NCBI GenBank assembly: GCA_963785235.1
Contig: CAWAUM010000011.1
Span: 224,001 to 288,000, forward strand
Source: an uncultured delta proteobacterium
Lineage (GTDB): Bacteria; Desulfobacterota; Desulfomonilia; UBA1062
Length of the DNA stretch: 64,000 nt
Reading direction: 5' to 3'
In this document: in pieces, positions 59,904-64,000 of the stretch
How the letters are laid out: every line of letters begins with the position of its first letter
Position numbering within the stretch: the first letter of the stretch is position 1
Position numbers and translations under genes: made by a program
The notes under the pieces: model-generated
What the model was told of the DNA's origin: nothing
Seen by the model: the letters and a program-made list of their open reading frames with translations, nothing else
Databases searched by the model: none

Positions 59904-62054
59904 TTATTCTTTATGCGTAATGATTCGTCTCCCAAGTGTCAGGGGGGATATGCCCGGTATAGTGGAGATGTCCTTGTTATATACAGCTCCTGTTGAAGAT
60001 ATGAATTTCATGACACCATTGTCCAGATCAATGGAAGGACCAAAAGCGCTGCCCATAAACATGGCCTCTGACTTTGTTTGCCTTCCAGTGAGGGAATCAT
60101 ACTCTTGAAACATGGATATGCCGGTGTCAATACCTCCGCAGGGAGAATCTTCTTTCCAGGTGCTTAAGAATAACCTGTTATCCATGATTGTCATGCCTGA
60201 GGGTGAGCCTCCTTCAAGGGAGACAGACCAAACGATATTCTCTTTGGTATAGCATTCAAGGCGTTTATTACTTGCCACGATGAGGTGAAGCTCCTTTCGC
60301 CAATGGAACGGACGTATCTCCATAATGGGATTATTGGCGGTGGTGTTTATGATGCCCAAGAGTTCGAGCCTGTTGTTAAAAAGATAGACAAGTCCGTCGG
60401 ATGTCCCTGCAAAAACCCCAGCTGTGCACGGATCATAGCGCACGACATTAATGGTATGATTAACTTCGAATTGAGCCGTCCCTATGCCGTTTCCAAGATT
60501 GTACGCATATATCGTGGAGCCGTTACTGATATAGGCCATGGATTCGGATGCGTCGATAAAAGACCCTTTATGCTGCCAGATTATCTGAGGTCCCTGGCCT
60601 ATACACGAAATGATGCCCAGTCTGTTCGGGCCTGTTATGACCCGTTCGCCTCTCAGTCGCACCTCGCCCCCTATACCTGTCATGAGCCACGTCAGGCTGC
60701 CTTCGGGCATGGTGACATTGAGGAGCTGATCGCGGGATGTAGTGCAGTACAGGTCTGTCTGTGTGGCTGCAAGGTCATGGGCAAGGCCATTCAGGGAATA
60801 ACCCGGGCAGGATACCAGGCTTAAAGGACTGACGACACTCGGTCTGTAAAACCGGCATTTGTCGGTTTTGAGCCATGGCGGATCGAGCCGTGCACGGAGG
60901 TTTTTCAGTATCATGTCCTGGTCGTTACGAACCACTATAGGCTGGGTAACCAGCATCTGTTCAGGAACGAGTATCTCCCGTGCCGGCATATACTGACCCC
61001 CGCCCTTTATAGCAACACTTCTCAGATACGCCGTATCAGGGCCGATAATGTGGACATTGATGCCCAGAGACTTCGCATAGGATGAGACATCATCAAGGCA
61101 GTGAGAGCCTTCCCCTTCAAAGGCAGCATCTTTGGCGTTTCCATCATGATCAAAGTCCTTCAGCCAGGAGGGGAGATGGCCGTCGTTTATGGGAACACCT
61201 GCAGTAACCAGAATGATATGTTTGCCGGATACACACTGCGAAGGGAACAGGGTTGTTGCATTATAAAGTGCCTCCGATAAAGGGGCTGAGCCCGATGCCG
61301 GATGAACGCCGTCAAGGCCCTGAAGGATCTGCTGCCATTCAATGGTAAAAGTTTGGATCAGGCCTTGTGACGTGCTCATAAGGGACACTTCACACAGATC
61401 CAGTGATTCAAAGAGCGACTTTGCGTAGGAGAAGGACTTTGTCCACACTGACATTGCACCTGTCAGGCTGCCGAGTGCCGGGGCCCTTTGATATGAGTTG
61501 CCCCAGCTTCCCTTGAAATAGGTGCCCTCAGCGTTCGTGTAGGTGTCTTCAAACTCACAGATATCACTGATGTGGGTTATGCCGCCTGTGGCCCATTTTG
61601 AGTAGAGCGCATCGTCTAAGAAATCTTGGCCGGATGATGTAATCGTGCTTAATGAATCATCGATGATAATTATGATATGTGGTCTCTGGGCAATCCGGGT
61701 GGTGCCTTGTGGGATATCCGCACTCTGTTCCCTTAGTGCCACACACCAGGAATATGACTGCATGGCGCTGGTTGCATGTTCGGTGAGCCTGGTGGAAAAA
61801 CATATATGGTCCCACCCTTCAGGCGCCACAAGCAGTTTATGGGTTGCGGATGGCATAGTCCCGTTTTGGGGAGCAAAGAGCTGATCTTTAATAATACGAT
61901 AGAAGGCGTTGCTCGATTTCATATGGTACAAGGTTATGGAAGCGGACGCCATGGTAAGCCCCAGGATCACGGTAAGGAGTAGGAGTACAAAGGCAAGGAT
62001 AAAACCTTGCTCATTGGATGGGGGATGATAAAGAGAGTTCCTTCTCTGTTCCAT
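59904..62054 (-). CDS. PilX/PilY1-like large pilus-associated protein
   Basis: EQG|FILAFVLLLL pilin-like N-terminus without E5, vWA-like segment (IIIIDDSLS, APLSEALY, IILVTAG) and a beta-propeller-like C-terminus. Confidence 0.6.
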   Translation of the reverse strand: MEQRRNSLYHPPSNEQGFILAFVLLLLTVILGLTMASASITLYHMKSSNAFYRIIKDQLFAPQNGTMPSATHKLLVAPEGWDHICFSTRLTEHATSAMQSYSWCVALREQSADIPQGTTRIAQRPHIIIIIDDSLSTITSSGQDFLDDALYSKWATGGITHISDICEFEDTYTNAEGTYFKGSWGNSYQRAPALGSLTGAMSVWTKSFSYAKSLFESLDLCEVSLMSTSQGLIQTFTIEWQQILQGLDGVHPASGSAPLSEALYNATTLFPSQCVSGKHIILVTAGVPINDGHLPSWLKDFDHDGNAKDAAFEGEGSHCLDDVSSYAKSLGINVHIIGPDTAYLRSVAIKGGGQYMPAREILVPEQMLVTQPIVVRNDQDMILKNLRARLDPPWLKTDKCRFYRPSVVSPLSLVSCPGYSLNGLAHDLAATQTDLYCTTSRDQLLNVTMPEGSLTWLMTGIGGEVRLRGERVITGPNRLGIISCIGQGPQIIWQHKGSFIDASESMAYISNGSTIYAYNLGNGIGTAQFEVNHTINVVRYDPCTAGVFAGTSDGLVYLFNNRLELLGIINTTANNPIMEIRPFHWRKELHLIVASNKRLECYTKENIVWSVSLEGGSPSGMTIMDNRLFLSTWKEDSPCGGIDTGISMFQEYDSLTGRQTKSEAMFMGSAFGPSIDLDNGVMKFISSTGAVYNKDISTIPGISPLTLGRRIITHKE

Positions 62055-62703
62055 GGTATCTTGACCTCATGCGAATTGTCAGATCATTGCCTGAAATCGT
62101 TGGATGAAAGAGGACTACTGCCTCTGCAAGCAGTTGGTTGTTCCGGTAGAGGCCGTCTCCCTTCAGTTCATAGTGGATAGCCGGGACCGCCCTGTTGCCT
62201 TGTACAGGCATTATGGCGCATGTCAGAGGGAGGGTTTTTTTATCCAGGCCCCGTGAATAGTTGTGGCCTACAACACAGGGGCCGTTCTCGGTTATTATTC
62301 CAAGGTCGGCCCAGAAGTCTGCGCGGCCGTCATTGTCGATATCTACGGTATCGAGTATTGCAACCCTTTCAGCTGAGGAATTGATGAGTGCATAGTAAGG
62401 TGCCGGATTGGTCAAGGATATGCTGATACCGGGATTTTCAGATGTGACAGGCACCCCTGCAATAAAAAGCTGGCTGCCTTCAATCGCAATCTTAAGGTCC
62501 TGCGGGAGCAATAATGCACACTGAACGAGATCTGCATTCAGCTGGATAGAGGCCTGGCGGAGCGACTGCATGCAATACCATGCCTCTCTCATTTCTTTAT
62601 GCGTAACAGCCGAAACCTGGTAGAATTGATAGAGAGCGAGAAAAAGTATTGATGAGCATGCAAGCGCTATAAGCAACTCCACCATGCCCACACCTCTTTC
62701 CAT
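62011..62703 (-). CDS. PilW-like minor pilin
   Basis: ERG|VGMVELLIALA with E5; QLLAEAV C-terminal pattern. Confidence 0.7.
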   Translation of the reverse strand: MERGVGMVELLIALACSSILFLALYQFYQVSAVTHKEMREAWYCMQSLRQASIQLNADLVQCALLLPQDLKIAIEGSQLFIAGVPVTSENPGISISLTNPAPYYALINSSAERVAILDTVDIDNDGRADFWADLGIITENGPCVVGHNYSRGLDKKTLPLTCAIMPVQGNRAVPAIHYELKGDGLYRNNQLLAEAVVLFHPTISGNDLTIRMRSRYHGTEKELSLSSPIQ

Positions 62704-62923
62704 TGTATGCCCCTTCCACTATAAAATATACTTATATGAAAGGAGGGATAATTCTTGGGAATAGAGATTAAACAAGAGAGAGCAGCAAGCTCAACAACAA
62801 TACAATAAATACAGTTTAATATAATACTATGAACCCGGTGCTTGTCAAGGGATGAAAGTACGCCTTAGGAAAATGACAATGGACAACCTTAAGAGATATT
62901 GATAATAATCGCACCAAAACAAG

Positions 62924-64000
62924 ATGGAGCGCATGCAGAGCAGGGGAAATATACTTATCGCGGTTATTGTGGTGATCGCCATTGCCATGACCCTGTTCCT
63001 GATTGTACCCCTTGGCGGTAAGGTGGGGCAGCTCAGGGAAGCCACCATCTCGTTCATCTTCCGGAAGCCCCCGCAGTTCACCTCCATGGAGGTCGATGTG
63101 GAGGGGGCCCGCAAGGTGGTAAGAGCGGGTGAGTCACTCAAGATCAAGGGTGGTGAGACCATCATCATCACCAAGGTCCATGCAAATACGTTCTTCGATT
63201 CATACCTGTCTGCTGATGTTGTAGGCTTCAGTAAACCAAACGACATGAATGAACCCATCGATACGGTGGAGATCCGCAATCAGCTCATAGCCGCCGGCAT
63301 CAAATCGGTCCCCATTGATATTTTCTACCTCGACCGGAAGATCGCCAAGGTCCCCCTTGAGTTGGATCTGAATGAGCAGGACTTTATCAATCAGATAAGA
63401 TCAGCCAAGAGTGATGAGGAAAAGATCTCCCTTTTGCGCTCCGCACATGCAACATTTCCGAAGAATATGTCCTTTCTGGATGAGCTTGATAAGCTCTTGA
63501 GTGCTAAAGAAGATTACCAGGCACTGGTGGGGATCTATAAGGGGGTTGTGGAAGCCGATCCTGCGAATTTGGCGGCATACTTGAATCTCTCAGCATATTA
63601 CATAAAGCTGAAGAACTACGATGAGGCCCTTGCCATGTGCCGGAAAATTATCGATGCGGGCAAGGCGGATGCGGTCATTTACCGCCGCATGGCCTATATC
63701 GCAGGCGAAAAGGGTGATCTTGAAAACCGTGTTGTATACCTGAAAAAGGCCCTTGAACTTGATAAACAAAACGAAGCCGTGGTTGTCGACCTGGCCAAGA
63801 CCTATGAACAGGCAGGCATGAAACAGCAGGCCCTTGATGTGTACCAGTCTGCTTCGGATATTGCCAAGGACAGGGATATCCTTATCCCTCTGATTCAAAA
63901 TGCGATGAAAAAAGAAGATTATAAAAAGGCGCTCGATCTTCTGAAGCGCTACATTCAGCGCTACCCCAATGATAAGAATGCCACTTGCTCAGCTTGCCAT
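62924..64000 (+). CDS. Membrane-anchored TPR protein (partial, runs off the window)
   Basis: Translated by hand from ATG 62924: MERMQSRGNILIAVIVVIAIAMTLFLIV...; TPR helices (AYLNLSAYY..YDEAL, YLKKALELD); no stop seen before the end. Confidence 0.75.
   Translation, partial: MERMQSRGNILIAVIVVIAIAMTLFLIVPLGGKVGQLREATISFIFRKPPQFTSMEVDVEGARKVVRAGESLKIKGGETIIITKVHANTFFDSYLSADVVGFSKPNDMNEPIDTVEIRNQLIAAGIKSVPIDIFYLDRKIAKVPLELDLNEQDFINQIRSAKSDEEKISLLRSAHATFPKNMSFLDELDKLLSAKEDYQALVGIYKGVVEADPANLAAYLNLSAYYIKLKNYDEALAMCRKIIDAGKADAVIYRRMAYIAGEKGDLENRVVYLKKALELDKQNEAVVVDLAKTYEQAGMKQQALDVYQSASDIAKDRDILIPLIQNAMKKEDYKKALDLLKRYIQRYPNDKNATCSACH

Overview
Chromosomal housekeeping region of a Gram-negative bacterium. 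Gene order and protein families (cimA-lysC-tsaE-acpS-folP-ftsH, pilMNOPQ, rpsT/holA/lptE/leuS, rpmH-rnpA-yidD-yidC-jag-mnmE-rsmG) suggest a deltaproteobacterium (Desulfobacterota-like); this assignment is an inference. I saw no tRNA, rRNA, CRISPR array, prophage or transposase. About 13 genes, several normally essential (ftsH, holA, yidC, folP), are split by small indels. These are most simply explained as consensus errors, so the genes are reported as joined CDSs. Main points of interest: (1) a dispersed intergenic repeat family (6-8 copies) built around long perfect hairpins whose arms differ between copies but stay perfectly complementary within each copy, with MITE-like ends and one flipped loop; (2) a stand-alone DnaA paralog with an altered DNA-recognition helix and a pair of variant DnaA-box-like sites upstream; (3) a MenK/MqnK-type menaquinone methyltransferase; (4) a PolX with a non-canonical active site; (5) FolP with a long N-terminal extension; (6) a second, MSHA/T2SS-like type IV filament cluster with a MshEN ATPase, a tyrosine-rich pilin and a highly structured pilin-ATPase spacer.
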